In this document: piece by piece, positions 38,368 through 48,995 of the stretch
How positions within the stretch are numbered: the stretch's first letter is position 1
How the letters are laid out: each line of letters starts with the position of its first letter
Assembly (NCBI GenBank): GCA_963675525.2
Contig: CAXXSL010000011.1
Span: forward strand, 512,001 to 576,000
Source: Anaerohalosphaeraceae bacterium
GTDB lineage: Bacteria; Planctomycetota; Phycisphaerae; Sedimentisphaerales; Anaerohalosphaeraceae
Direction: 5' to 3'
Length of the DNA stretch: 64,000 nt
Made by a program: the position numbers and the translations under genes
Notes under the pieces: model-generated
What the model was told of the DNA's origin: nothing
Seen by the model: the letters and a program-made list of their open reading frames with translations, nothing else
Databases searched by the model: none

Positions 38368-39384
38368 TCATACAATACAATTATCTGCTTTGAGAAATTC
38401 CAGCACTTCATTAAGCTTGCAAAATGCCAGACAGGTAACCGTGTCGGCGGCACCATAATAAACCGCTATCCTGCCTGTCGGTTTATCATACAAAGCTGCA
38501 CAGGGGAACACCACATTAGGCACATCGCCGACGCATTCATAATCTTTTTGCGGCGACAGAAGATAAGAAGCATTTCTATAGATCACCTTCCAGGGTTTTT
38601 CCAAATCAAGCAGAGCAGCCCCCATGCTGTAAACAAAACCGTTGCAGCTTGTCAGTACGCCATGGTAAAACAGCAACCATCCTTCTTTTGTTTCAATCGG
38701 TATGGGGCCGGCTCCAATCTTTGTCATCTGCCAGCCCGGAAGAGTTCCCATCACATGCCGATGTCTACCCCAATGAATCATGTTAGGGCTTTGACTGTAG
38801 AATATATCCCCAAATGGCGTATGACTGTTATCGCTTGGACGCGAGAGCATTGCATATTCACCGTTAATTTTCCGGGGAAACATTACACCATTTCGATTAA
38901 ACGGCAAAAATGCATTATCAATAAGATAAAAGTCTTCAAAATTATAGGTGTATGCAATCCCAATTGTCGGGCCGTGATAGCCATTACACCATGTGACGTA
39001 ATAACGGTCCTCGATCCAGCAGACACGTGGATCATAGCCGAATTCCCATTGGCTTATATCATCATCATTGTATTTGAACTTGATTCTTTCTGGCCGAATA
39101 TCCCAATTCACACCGTCTTTACTGAAACCTGAATGCATCTGCATATACCGTCTTTTGTCGTCACATCGGAATACACCTGCAAATCCTTCGCCAAATCTTA
39201 CAACGGCACTATTGAATATGCTGTTCGAAGTCGGCAGCAGATCTCTCGGTATAACAGGATTACGCCGGGAACGCCAAACGGCATCAGAACATCCGACAGG
39301 TCTGTCTTCCCAGGGAATCGGTGCTGACGGTTTAACTTTCTCTTTTGCCAAGCCATTTATAGTGTTTGTAAGCTTTGAAGTCAT
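38368..39384 (-). CDS. GH130 beta-1,4-mannoside phosphorylase (UhgbMP/RaMP2-like)
   Basis: [60 protein letters not shown]; no signal peptide. Confidence 0.93.
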   Translation of the reverse strand: MTSKLTNTINGLAKEKVKPSAPIPWEDRPVGCSDAVWRSRRNPVIPRDLLPTSNSIFNSAVVRFGEGFAGVFRCDDKRRYMQMHSGFSKDGVNWDIRPERIKFKYNDDDISQWEFGYDPRVCWIEDRYYVTWCNGYHGPTIGIAYTYNFEDFYLIDNAFLPFNRNGVMFPRKINGEYAMLSRPSDNSHTPFGDIFYSQSPNMIHWGRHRHVMGTLPGWQMTKIGAGPIPIETKEGWLLFYHGVLTSCNGFVYSMGAALLDLEKPWKVIYRNASYLLSPQKDYECVGDVPNVVFPCAALYDKPTGRIAVYYGAADTVTCLAFCKLNEVLEFLKADNCIV

Positions 39385-39396
39385 TATATCTTCCTC

Positions 39397-40410
39397 CTAT
39401 TTCGAAGATGAACATAAGAAATCCAATAATTCATCTATTTTACAGGTCGCCAGACAAACGTATTTATCCGCTCCTCCATAATACACGAACAACGTACCAT
39501 CAATTATAACATTTCCACAGGGAAATACAACCCCATTATATAATCCTTCGATTTCATAAGATTCCTGCGGCTCAAGCAGCCAGTCTTTTGTGCGGCCCAA
39601 AATCTTCAATGGATCATCTAAATCGAGTAACATCGCTCCGACGCGATAGAAATTATCTTCGCCGACAGCATGATACAACACCAACCATCCGCGATCCGTT
39701 TTAAGGGGTGGGGTTGAACCGCCGATTTTACGCTCCCAATCATATTTCCCTTTTGCCAGCAACTTCAGATCTTTCCACCCCAGAAGATCATCGCTAAACG
39801 CTATCCACATAGCCGGATATTCTGTGCCATATTCTTTACCGGCCCACTCCATGGGTCTGTGCAGGGTAACGTATTTACCGCCGATTTTCTCAGGAAAAAT
39901 TATCACATCTCTGTCATCATAGGCCGGGTTTGTAAGGTTTCCGGCATACGTAAACTGCTTCAAATCCGGGGAAAGCAGAAGACCGGTTCCTGATAGATTC
40001 TCCCGCATTATCCTCGGATATTCCGCACCGAAGGCGGGGGCATTATAGTCCCGCTCATCAGGCTTTATCCAATACTTCCCCGGAGCAAACGGACGGTATG
40101 CAAAGGTTATGTAAAATAATCCGTCTAACTGAATAATTCGCGGATCTTCAATACTGCCAAGATTGGCATCCGGAACCGGCGAGAAAATGGGGGCATCACT
40201 TTGGCGTGTAAAATCATAGCCGTTTTTGCTTGTTGCAAGGCCAAGATGAATGGTATGCAGGCTATCATTGCCCGCCGCACGGTATATGAGCTTTATTTCA
40301 TTGCTCTTGGCATCATACCACGCCGTGGGATTGGTCGTAACCAAACTTTCCCATTCATTCGCCGGATTCGGCGATAAAATTGGGTTTTTTTCATATCTAT
40401 TTAGTTTCAT
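39397..40410 (-). CDS. GH130 family mannoside phosphorylase/hydrolase
   Basis: NPILSP, IEDPRI, DDRDVIIFPEKI, LHRP, KIGG, YHAV, VVFPCG, YYGGAD. Confidence 0.88.
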   Translation of the reverse strand: MKLNRYEKNPILSPNPANEWESLVTTNPTAWYDAKSNEIKLIYRAAGNDSLHTIHLGLATSKNGYDFTRQSDAPIFSPVPDANLGSIEDPRIIQLDGLFYITFAYRPFAPGKYWIKPDERDYNAPAFGAEYPRIMRENLSGTGLLLSPDLKQFTYAGNLTNPAYDDRDVIIFPEKIGGKYVTLHRPMEWAGKEYGTEYPAMWIAFSDDLLGWKDLKLLAKGKYDWERKIGGSTPPLKTDRGWLVLYHAVGEDNFYRVGAMLLDLDDPLKILGRTKDWLLEPQESYEIEGLYNGVVFPCGNVIIDGTLFVYYGGADKYVCLATCKIDELLDFLCSSSK

Positions 40411-42874
40411 GAGTGTCCTTTTCCAGGAAGAAAGTCACTGTTTTTCCTTCGAGTAATTTTAGCTTAACGATACCGCCCGTTTTTACGAGTTTATCGTATT
40501 GTCCATCTATCATGATGTCAGAAACGTTGGAGAAACCAAACTCAGACAGATCTAGAATCATTTCAACATCCGCCGTTGCCATCGCTTTCAACACGTTAGT
40601 ATCCCAGCGTAACATCACATTGACAGTAAATGGGCTTTGGAATTTCAACCGCTTAGAAGAGTAGGTTGTGTTTCCCACAAATAGAACATCTTTGTCCGTA
40701 AATACATAGCCTGTTTTTATGGGGGTTTCAGCATGACTAACCGTCAAAGTTCCATCTCCGGGCTCATGGGTATCGATATAGTTTCTGAAAAACCGGGTAG
40801 CATGTGCAATCGGTTTCGGTTTTCCGGCAGGCGTACCATCATACTGATACAGACCAAAGCGGGATTCATAGACATACCTGTCGGGTGAGATCCACGGTGC
40901 ATTATACTTTATGTTTGCAATGGGCCATTCTGAAAGCATCCAGAGATAAGCCCCCGAATAATCATGCGAAAAGGCATATAGAAATACAATCATCTCGGCA
41001 ATACTCGAAGTATGCGGGTCAAGGTAGTTGCCGTCTGGCAATTTTAATCCGGCGGTAAAACCAAATTCTCCGATGGTAATCGGCTTATCCGGCCAAAATG
41101 CCCTTAAACGGTCAAACGTCGTAATGCTCTTCTGTATATCCTCATAAGAATAAGGCATCTGATAAATGTGGTGAGAAGTAAAATCGAGCAGGTCATTGGC
41201 CGGTAATGCCGCCAATGAGGTATTATATCCAACCGTGATAAAATGATTGCGGTCGAATTGGTTGATTGCCTTTTTGTGGAAAAGTATCCAGTCCCTGAAT
41301 GTCTTGTCAAGAGCGGCAATGAATTCTTGATAATCAGCCTCTATGGGCAATCTGCCGTCAAGGCCGTAAAGGCAGGAATAATCCAGCGGGGGATTAAATT
41401 TCTCAATATACTGCTTAGCCATCTCATAAGCAGCATATAGATTCAATGCATCGCGGCCTTCGATCCAACTGCCCAGTTGGGGCCAACTGCGTTGCCGGGT
41501 TATCTTTTCGACCCATGCCTTATCAAAATAACCTGATGAGTATCTGTCGTAGGCTCCATATCTCAGGATTTCCGACGGTCCGTCGTTAATACTGACGGAA
41601 CCAACCGTCGTCACGTAAGGCTCATTCATCAAGTCGTAGCCCAGCACGATGGTTTCATCACTCAAGAGCTTGGCATTTTTCCGAAAAACATCCATCAGCA
41701 TCTTATCTGTCGGCAAAGGATGCGACCGTGGGGCAAATATCAGATAGATTTGATATTTTCTTGCCAACTCGATGATCGTCTTGAGTCTCTCCGGATAATT
41801 TTCGATGCGGAAATTCCAGAACCGGAATGTATTAATCCCGGCCTCGTGAGCTTTTCTGAAATCCTCCTCCAATCGTTCGGAATTAAAATAATCTTCGCCG
41901 TATTCACATTTTCTTTCAAACGGCCCCACATAGTTACAGCCGAGAGCGAAAAATTTCCTGCCATCCGGCAAAAGAAAGTGCTTTTTATCCTTGCTTAACC
42001 GGATAAACTCGGCCGGAGCCGGCGAAACAACAGGAAGACATTTTTTCTCATTCAGGCTGTCTTCTTCCGCAAATTTGGCGGGAAGGTCTCCTTGTTTCAT
42101 CCTGCCCAGAAGCCCAACAGCAACATCCAAAAATTCTTTACTACCGTAAAAATCCGCCGCGTCAATCCCGAACAATAACCACTGGCTGTTTTTAAACTCA
42201 CCTGCGTGGTTGACCAACAGACCACAGGCAAAGCCAACATGACGCGAATAGCTGTCCTGCACACTTAATAACGGAATGTATCGTGAGACCTCCGGGTATT
42301 CAAACGCAATCGCAGAAACACCGGTATAACTGCCGGACCAATCGACCCGGGTTTTGAGGACATTCTGTTTTTCATAGGTCACGATACGAGGGGCATCCTG
42401 AAAACAGAAAACACTGCGATCGTCAAAAATCGGCAAATCAAGCGGTTTAACAACATTGTTATTGCCGCCGTCTGAAGAGTCCGGTTCGGTGATATGTTGG
42501 GGGGGGAGTTTTATCTCTTCCTGAAAGGCGATTCCGCCGAGCAGAACAAGGTCAGAGCCTTTTTTGATAAAATCCAATAAAGCCGCGCGGCCCGCAGCCG
42601 GAAATCGAGTGCTGTCCGCCAGGATTAAACAATCGTATTTATCCAGCCCCCCCTTTCGGCAAAGAATCTCATAGGTAACAGCATCCGCCGTAAAACCGCA
42701 CTTCTTTAAAACCGGCAGCATTTTATCAGCAATCGCCGGTGTCGATTCATTTGCACTGTCTTTCAGCACGGCGATTGCATAGTCCTCCGTGATGGCGCAA
42801 GATCGCTCACACGCCAAAGACAGTGTTGCAAGAACTAAAACAATACAAAATGTTAATCTTGTCGCTCTTTTCAT
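40397..42874 (-). CDS. Clan GH-A (GH5/GH2-like) TIM-barrel glycoside hydrolase with N-terminal GATase-like domain; probable lipoprotein
   Basis: SLA|C lipobox; GCNY, GINTFRFW, YDLMNEP (acid/base), HHIY, IGEFG (nucleophile). Confidence 0.72.
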   Translation of the reverse strand: MKRATRLTFCIVLVLATLSLACERSCAITEDYAIAVLKDSANESTPAIADKMLPVLKKCGFTADAVTYEILCRKGGLDKYDCLILADSTRFPAAGRAALLDFIKKGSDLVLLGGIAFQEEIKLPPQHITEPDSSDGGNNNVVKPLDLPIFDDRSVFCFQDAPRIVTYEKQNVLKTRVDWSGSYTGVSAIAFEYPEVSRYIPLLSVQDSYSRHVGFACGLLVNHAGEFKNSQWLLFGIDAADFYGSKEFLDVAVGLLGRMKQGDLPAKFAEEDSLNEKKCLPVVSPAPAEFIRLSKDKKHFLLPDGRKFFALGCNYVGPFERKCEYGEDYFNSERLEEDFRKAHEAGINTFRFWNFRIENYPERLKTIIELARKYQIYLIFAPRSHPLPTDKMLMDVFRKNAKLLSDETIVLGYDLMNEPYVTTVGSVSINDGPSEILRYGAYDRYSSGYFDKAWVEKITRQRSWPQLGSWIEGRDALNLYAAYEMAKQYIEKFNPPLDYSCLYGLDGRLPIEADYQEFIAALDKTFRDWILFHKKAINQFDRNHFITVGYNTSLAALPANDLLDFTSHHIYQMPYSYEDIQKSITTFDRLRAFWPDKPITIGEFGFTAGLKLPDGNYLDPHTSSIAEMIVFLYAFSHDYSGAYLWMLSEWPIANIKYNAPWISPDRYVYESRFGLYQYDGTPAGKPKPIAHATRFFRNYIDTHEPGDGTLTVSHAETPIKTGYVFTDKDVLFVGNTTYSSKRLKFQSPFTVNVMLRWDTNVLKAMATADVEMILDLSEFGFSNVSDIMIDGQYDKLVKTGGIVKLKLLEGKTVTFFLEKDTHETK

Positions 42875-42892
42875 AAACAAACTTTTCAGTAA

Positions 42893-44875
42893 CTATTCGG
42901 ACTCCGAAACCATCTGCTGTGAGTTCGTAACATCCTTGTCCGGAAGGTTCTTGAACCAGAATATATATATAAAAATGACACTAACAACGAAAAGACCCAG
43001 TGTCACACAAAACACATAATATTGCCTTATTATTAGCTGCATCGGCATCAGGAACATTGTGACCAGCCAAGTCATCACAAACGGTATCGCAAGCAGGTCA
43101 TTTCGATGTTCTTTTTTCATCTTAACCGTTGCATCTTCGGATAACACATACCGCAATGGTTTCCAGAAACCAAAGGGCCTTGTGGCTTTATAGAAGTTCA
43201 CCAATATATCATGGTCTGTCGGTTTTGTCAGATATGTCCCTATTATCGTACACGCTGCCGTGAAAAGTGTCAATATCACAAACTGCCATTGTTCGGGTAA
43301 ATCGGGCCAGAAAATCCGCTGGACAACTGCGCTTGCGGTACCGGCTACGGTGCCAATCGCAAAACCGCCCCCATTAAACCGCCACCAGTACATTTTCAGC
43401 AGAGACGGTACCGCCAGCCCGGAGAGCAGTCCCATTGTAATCCAGCCCCAAATATCGTTAATACTTTTTACCGAATAGGCCATGCCAAAAGCACTTGCGA
43501 TCAAAGCAATTGTAAATAAATACGTTATCGCAATCAATTCTCTATTAACGGCCTTGGGACGAAGATATCTCTGATAGATATCGCGGGTAAAAAACGATGC
43601 CGCTTTGTTAATCGTTGTGTCAAACGTGGACATTGATGCGGCAAGCAGTGAAACGAGAATCAATCCTCTGAAGCCGGCCGGGACACTGCAAAGAAGAACC
43701 GTCGGCAGTATCCGTTCGGCATTGATTGTTCCATCGAAACTCAACAAGTGGAGTTTGGAGTTCCAGTCCGCTCCTAACAAATCCTTAAGATTGGCAATGA
43801 AGCCGTCCGGGTATGCGGATGGATCATTCATGATATTCGCCAAGGCATCCGCCCAGCCCGTTTGGCTGATATGACCGAGTTGCTGTTTGATGAGTAATGC
43901 AGCCTCGCTAAGAACCGATTGATCAGGAAACATATCCTTAACAATAAACAATCCCAATATAGCAAAGCTTATCATCATAGGCCAGCGGAATGTACTCAGT
44001 GACATCCATAAACAGGCTAATTTTCCACAGTCACGTTCATTACGTGCTGCAAAGTAATGGGGGTCGTCGCCTGTACCGAAACCCATGATGATATTACGGA
44101 GTAATAAGAAAACTGTAAACATGAAAAGGGATTCATAAACTTCGTATCCCTTAGGCATCGTTGTGATTTGCTGGGGAAAAGAAGACAACCAATCCGTACA
44201 CCCGGTAACGGATCGGGTAAGAGTGCCTAAATCCGTTTCGCCTCCCATTTTTACCAACGCCAATGCCGTTATAAATATGATTCCAACAAAGATCAAAAGG
44301 CACTGGATGACATCGCTGAATACGACACCGTAAAAACCGGAGGAAATCGTATAAAGAGTGGCCACGCCAACCATGATCAGGGAACACTGTAATGGCGTCA
44401 GAGGGATGAACATTGAGAAAAACAGTCCAACCCCTTTTATCATGTAGACGAGCATCCCGATCGTAAAAACGATGGTTGCAATGACCTTCGTAATCCTGGC
44501 AAAATTTGCTCCGATACCATCGCCGAACCTGAAAGCCAGCCATTCAGCCCCGGTCATACAACCGGACCGTCTGTGCCACTTTCCCGTCCAGATCATCGTA
44601 AAAACCAGCCCCAGCGGAACGCCGCCTCGAAACTCAACGAACAAACTGCGAGGCCCAAGAAGATACATCAATGAAACGATCAGCATGGTCCCGGTAATAT
44701 CCAGAGACCAGCCCATACCGGAAATCCCTAATGCCCACCATGGCATCTTTCTGCCTGCAAGAAAATAGTCATCAAGGCTTGCCGAAGCCCTTTTACTGAG
44801 GTAGACACCCAATCCCACTAACAGGAAGAAGTAAATTGCGATGATACAGTAGTCGAGTGTTCCCAGATAGCCCAT
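42893..44875 (-). CDS. Sodium:solute symporter (SSS family)
   Basis: DDYFLAGRKMPWW, SGFYGVVFSD, LLAASMST; multiple TM helices. Confidence 0.92.
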   Translation of the reverse strand: MGYLGTLDYCIIAIYFFLLVGLGVYLSKRASASLDDYFLAGRKMPWWALGISGMGWSLDITGTMLIVSLMYLLGPRSLFVEFRGGVPLGLVFTMIWTGKWHRRSGCMTGAEWLAFRFGDGIGANFARITKVIATIVFTIGMLVYMIKGVGLFFSMFIPLTPLQCSLIMVGVATLYTISSGFYGVVFSDVIQCLLIFVGIIFITALALVKMGGETDLGTLTRSVTGCTDWLSSFPQQITTMPKGYEVYESLFMFTVFLLLRNIIMGFGTGDDPHYFAARNERDCGKLACLWMSLSTFRWPMMISFAILGLFIVKDMFPDQSVLSEAALLIKQQLGHISQTGWADALANIMNDPSAYPDGFIANLKDLLGADWNSKLHLLSFDGTINAERILPTVLLCSVPAGFRGLILVSLLAASMSTFDTTINKAASFFTRDIYQRYLRPKAVNRELIAITYLFTIALIASAFGMAYSVKSINDIWGWITMGLLSGLAVPSLLKMYWWRFNGGGFAIGTVAGTASAVVQRIFWPDLPEQWQFVILTLFTAACTIIGTYLTKPTDHDILVNFYKATRPFGFWKPLRYVLSEDATVKMKKEHRNDLLAIPFVMTWLVTMFLMPMQLIIRQYYVFCVTLGLFVVSVIFIYIFWFKNLPDKDVTNSQQMVSESE

Positions 44876-45078
44876 GATAGCAGTCCTTTATAATCATCTA
44901 TTTTTCATGTAAACGAGAAAGTGTCGACCCAAAGAAACACTGTCGCCTTACATTCGCCCGCGCAATCTCTACAGATGCAAATACAACACCACCCCAAGCG
45001 GACACCGAATTGTTTGTTGCCTGCAACGACACACACATCCAGCGCTGTAACCCATCTGCAAGCTGATTTATTGCGGAA

Positions 45079-45112
45079 AAGAAGGTACCGAAACAAACTT
45101 CGGCACCTTCTT
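45079..45112 (-). terminator. Stem-loop after the PEP-CTERM gene
   Basis: AAGAAGGTACCGAA/TTCGGCACCTTCTT inverted repeat with a short T-run on the minus strand. Confidence 0.6.
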
Positions 45113-45139
45113 TGTCCCGATTCTGTTTACATTACTTCT

Positions 45140-45814
45140 TTATTTCTTTCTTCGCAGTAAAAGTCCGCCAAGAGCAAGCAAACCCATCGTAGCCGGCTCA
45201 GGAACAATGATCCCGATATCATCGACGAACAACCCGCCAGCCTGATACCAGCCATTGTTGACGCCAACAGTGATCTGATACACATTCTCGAGATTCATTC
45301 CAGCAACCGTATAGGTAGCAAAATCAAGATCCCAAACAATACCATTGGGCCATCCGGTGCCGCTCGGTGTTACATCGCCGGGGTAACTGGCACTGAAGAC
45401 CTTCTGGCCCCATACATCATACAGGCTCAGGAAGACATCGCCGCCGGAACCATCGAGATATTCCCATCCGGGTGCCGTCTTGCTCGGAATGGCAAATGTC
45501 ATCGTAATACCAGTGGCACCCGAACCATAAGCATAATGCAGGTTTACTCCGTGATCGTCCCACACAGAGCCAGGCAGTTGGTACTTCGTCTGAGTCCAAC
45601 CAACGCCTGCCGTATGATTCTCAATCAGCATGCTCTGACCATTCAACACGTTTTCCACGGTCTCGTTCTGGATGTCGGAACTCGGGTTCATCACCCACGC
45701 GGCCTGCAGGGCAGCGTCGTCGGCATAGCTTTCAAAATCATCCAGCATCACCACAGCAGCGCTTGCCATGCCAACAAAACTTAACATTAACACTAACATC
45801 ACAAATCTTTTCAT
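45140..45814 (-). CDS. PEP-CTERM protein with CBM11-like domain
   Basis: AGGAGG RBS; signal peptide; LDDFESY...LQAAW...LFVDDI; tail VPEPATMGLLALGGLLLRRKK. Confidence 0.88.
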   Translation of the reverse strand: MKRFVMLVLMLSFVGMASAAVVMLDDFESYADDAALQAAWVMNPSSDIQNETVENVLNGQSMLIENHTAGVGWTQTKYQLPGSVWDDHGVNLHYAYGSGATGITMTFAIPSKTAPGWEYLDGSGGDVFLSLYDVWGQKVFSASYPGDVTPSGTGWPNGIVWDLDFATYTVAGMNLENVYQITVGVNNGWYQAGGLFVDDIGIIVPEPATMGLLALGGLLLRRKK

Positions 45815-45880
45815 CTTAACACCTCCTACAAAAAGTTAATAAAATTTTTCTCTAAATCGAGCCATTCAGACAACACTGTC

Positions 45881-47959
45881 TTATTCAACTAATGTACACT
45901 TCAACCAATTCTCCGCAAGAACTTCAATATCATCAAAATCAACAACACAATCCGAAGTAACATCACCGGGGGCCGAACCAATACAAATGCTGCTGTTATT
46001 GTGCACCGTGATGTCATCAAAATAGATCACCCCCGAAGCATAATTGCCTGCAAGCATCATAATATCCAATCTTCCAACACGCTGAAGCTGTTCCGGCGTC
46101 AGATTTGCGGCCAGATCAATCGTTGCTTCCTGCCAGCCGCCACCGGCGGGAACATTGCCAAAATCCTCAGTGTACAGCCCCACGCCCGAGTAATTCACAA
46201 CCTTGATCTTCAGATCATCACCGCCGTTGATTTCCACATTGTACCAGACTGACAGCGTACTATAATCACTCCAGTCAACACCGCTGCTGCCCCACACAGC
46301 ACCGGGCAGAAAATAGCCGCTCTTAGACCAGCCGGGACTGACTCCGTTGTTGAACTCATACTTCATCGACTGATTCCCGCTGCGAACGGTCGTTGTATTC
46401 ACTGAAACTGTTACATTCGCAGTGGTGTCGCTCCAGTCTGCCTGCAGGTCCGGTGTACTCGTATACGATTCGAAATCATCAACACTTTCCCCGACGAAGC
46501 TTCGGTCATTTCTGAGCCAATTGGCACCCACAATGCTGAAATCGCTAAGATTCGTCCAGCAATCGCCACTGAGATCGCCCATGCGGTTGACCGTACACTC
46601 ATTGACAACCGCGGCAACCGTCAACGTACTTTCCGGCGGCAGCGTAATGTCCATGCTGCTCGAATCATAATCGAAACTTACTTGAGAAAGCCTGTCCACA
46701 ACGGCTCCGGATTCGAAGGCCTGGGCTTCTGTAAGCGTAAAGCTCGTAATGCCTGTGACACCCACTGTTCGATTGACTGTATTGGCGGTACTGTTGGCAA
46801 AAGCCAACACCAACTGATTATCCCCGATAAAGCCCGCCGCACTGATAGCCGAATCATCCCAGGTCTTGCGCAAAACCATTGCATTGTCCGGAATAGACGG
46901 AGCAAGTGTCATCAGGGCATAATAGACAGGCCGCTTGCTCGAATCCGTCCGCAACAATCCGGACATAGGAATCGACTGCCAGCTTTGATTCGCCGCTTCC
47001 CAGTAGCACAACACATTCGCTCCGTTATTGACCAGCGTCAGCGAGTTCTCGTAGGAGCGTTCTGCGAATTGGCTTGTCTCGGTATACGTATCACTTCCGT
47101 ATGTGACCCCGTTATACGTTCGCACGCCGGTCGCGTATTCAGTGACGATCACCGGCTTGCTATGCGTGGGGTCGGCACTATTCACGGCTGCGCCGAAGTA
47201 ATCCTGCCACCGCTGATCAAGAAAACTCGGTAACGCATCCGTATGACCCCACCCCTCATCCCAGGCATGTGTGGACCAGCATGCCAGAGCCGCCTTGCCG
47301 TCATTGTCAAGCGCATTAATCCAGGTCGGACCGTAGTAGAGATAGGCCAGTCCGGGTCCAATAATGCCCACATCGGTCAATCCGCGACTGTCAAGTTCCT
47401 GTCGTACCAGTTTAACCACTGTATTGTAATCGGTTCCCGGAATGTAAATGTTCCAGTTGCCCTCCGGCTCATTGGCAAGCTCGATATAGTTGATCCGCAG
47501 TCCGCGATTCTTGAAAAAGTAAACCTGTGAAACCCAAAGCCGTGCAAAATCATCAAAGTTTTCCGCTTTCAGCCGGTTACCGGTGCCAAGCCAGTCTGCT
47601 GGTCCACCAAACATATTGAGGATGACCTGGATATCACAACGCTCCGCCATTTGCAGCGATGCGGTAATCATATTGCCTCTCGTGGTGCCATTATATTCAG
47701 AGCTGACATAGGCATCCATCTGAGCCTGTGGAGCATCGGTAGGCGGACTGCTGCATCCGCCGGGACACATCCGCATATGATTCATGTTCATATCCGCAAA
47801 CAGGCTTTCCACACGCATGTCGCCCGGCCACACCTGGGCTCCAAATCCCGCAAACGGATGCGAAACATCATTCACATCAAACTCAATGTCCGCCGCTTTG
47901 ACCATCGTAATAGTCCAAATACAGAAAACAAAAATACATATCGATATTCTGCTATTCAT
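45881..47959 (-). CDS. Secreted GH30-like (clan GH-A) hydrolase with a CBM11-like domain flanked by two half-dockerin motifs
   Basis: FAGFGAQ, IELANEP, STHAW, IVTEY, YW...GL...KRPVYY; GDLSGDCWTNLSDF and GDVTSDCVVDFDD motifs; start set at MNSRISI (47959). Confidence 0.75.
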   Translation of the reverse strand: MNSRISICIFVFCIWTITMVKAADIEFDVNDVSHPFAGFGAQVWPGDMRVESLFADMNMNHMRMCPGGCSSPPTDAPQAQMDAYVSSEYNGTTRGNMITASLQMAERCDIQVILNMFGGPADWLGTGNRLKAENFDDFARLWVSQVYFFKNRGLRINYIELANEPEGNWNIYIPGTDYNTVVKLVRQELDSRGLTDVGIIGPGLAYLYYGPTWINALDNDGKAALACWSTHAWDEGWGHTDALPSFLDQRWQDYFGAAVNSADPTHSKPVIVTEYATGVRTYNGVTYGSDTYTETSQFAERSYENSLTLVNNGANVLCYWEAANQSWQSIPMSGLLRTDSSKRPVYYALMTLAPSIPDNAMVLRKTWDDSAISAAGFIGDNQLVLAFANSTANTVNRTVGVTGITSFTLTEAQAFESGAVVDRLSQVSFDYDSSSMDITLPPESTLTVAAVVNECTVNRMGDLSGDCWTNLSDFSIVGANWLRNDRSFVGESVDDFESYTSTPDLQADWSDTTANVTVSVNTTTVRSGNQSMKYEFNNGVSPGWSKSGYFLPGAVWGSSGVDWSDYSTLSVWYNVEINGGDDLKIKVVNYSGVGLYTEDFGNVPAGGGWQEATIDLAANLTPEQLQRVGRLDIMMLAGNYASGVIYFDDITVHNNSSICIGSAPGDVTSDCVVDFDDIEVLAENWLKCTLVE

Positions 47960-48086
47960 GAAATTTCCATACAGAACTGTCGCAAAAACCACAACCCCAT
48001 TGTGGAGCTGAAATCGCAAAAAACAGAACGTGTTATCAATTGACCGTTCACGTCACTCTCCTCGCCTGAAATCACACCTCAAAAAA

Positions 48087-48920
48087 TCACTTATTGCCGA
48101 AGTAGTAGAATCTCCAGCGTCCCTTCTCCGTACCGTTTACTGTATATTTCTCTCCAAAATCATCCGGCTCTCTGCTAACATGTCCGTCCACCCAGCCTAT
48201 CATGCCTATCCCATACTCATCTTCTGATTTCTTCTTATGCCAGCGTGTCTGATAACGTTGGTTACACGACGCGTTAGGGAAGTAACTCGGCGGCTCTGAC
48301 GGTTCAAAAAACCAATGGCCAACAAAGTAATACTCATGATCAATGAAGTAAGCAGTATTGTATGGACTTTTTATGCTGGTTATCTTGGTCGCCCCGCGAG
48401 TGTGCCAATATAGATCACCGGGCCCATACAGGCCGCCACTGCCCATATCGTTATATTTCGGACCGCTAATCGTTCCGGGGCTGAGATCGCCAATATTGTA
48501 GGTCATATAACCATTCGCTGCGTACGTAAATCTTTTCTCCTGACCCAGTGTATCATAGGCTGGATCGTTGGCCTCGAATGTCACATTTTTCGCACTGGGG
48601 CAGGTCATAGAATCACCTTTTGTACTACGGGAAGAGGCTATATAAGACACGATCGAACTTCCGGAGCAGTCTTCAGTGGTTCCATCCGAAGATATCTCCA
48701 TCTCGTCTTTCCACCATCTCCCTGCAATAGCAAAGTCTTCATTGTCATTAGACCACTGGTTAGACGCCGTCACAAGAGTTCTCTCATTATTGCCGCATAT
48801 CACCATTCGTGCCGATTCTTTGGCTTTAGACAGAGATGGAAGGATAACAGACATCAACAGTGCGATAACCGCAATCACAACCAACAACTCAATGAGCGTG
48901 AAGGCCTTTTTCTGTTGCAT
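48087..48920 (-). CDS. Prepilin-type N-terminal cleavage/methylation domain protein (DUF1559-like, H-X9-DG-type C-terminus)
   Basis: KKA|FTLIELLVVIAVIALLMSVILPSL; MTCPS; RWH...GWVDGHV. Confidence 0.92.
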   Translation of the reverse strand: MQQKKAFTLIELLVVIAVIALLMSVILPSLSKAKESARMVICGNNERTLVTASNQWSNDNEDFAIAGRWWKDEMEISSDGTTEDCSGSSIVSYIASSRSTKGDSMTCPSAKNVTFEANDPAYDTLGQEKRFTYAANGYMTYNIGDLSPGTISGPKYNDMGSGGLYGPGDLYWHTRGATKITSIKSPYNTAYFIDHEYYFVGHWFFEPSEPPSYFPNASCNQRYQTRWHKKKSEDEYGIGMIGWVDGHVSREPDDFGEKYTVNGTEKGRWRFYYFGNK

Positions 48921-48949
48921 TTTTTCTTTCCTTTCCCAATATGTCGTGA

Positions 48950-48985
48950 AAGAACGAGGTCGGTCACTGTGCCGACCTCGTTCTT
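48950..48985. other. Strong intergenic stem-loop between the LamG gene and the pilin gene
   Basis: AAGAACGAGGTCGG/CCGACCTCGTTCTT perfect 14-bp stem. Confidence 0.65.
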
Positions 48986-48995
48986 CAATATAAAT

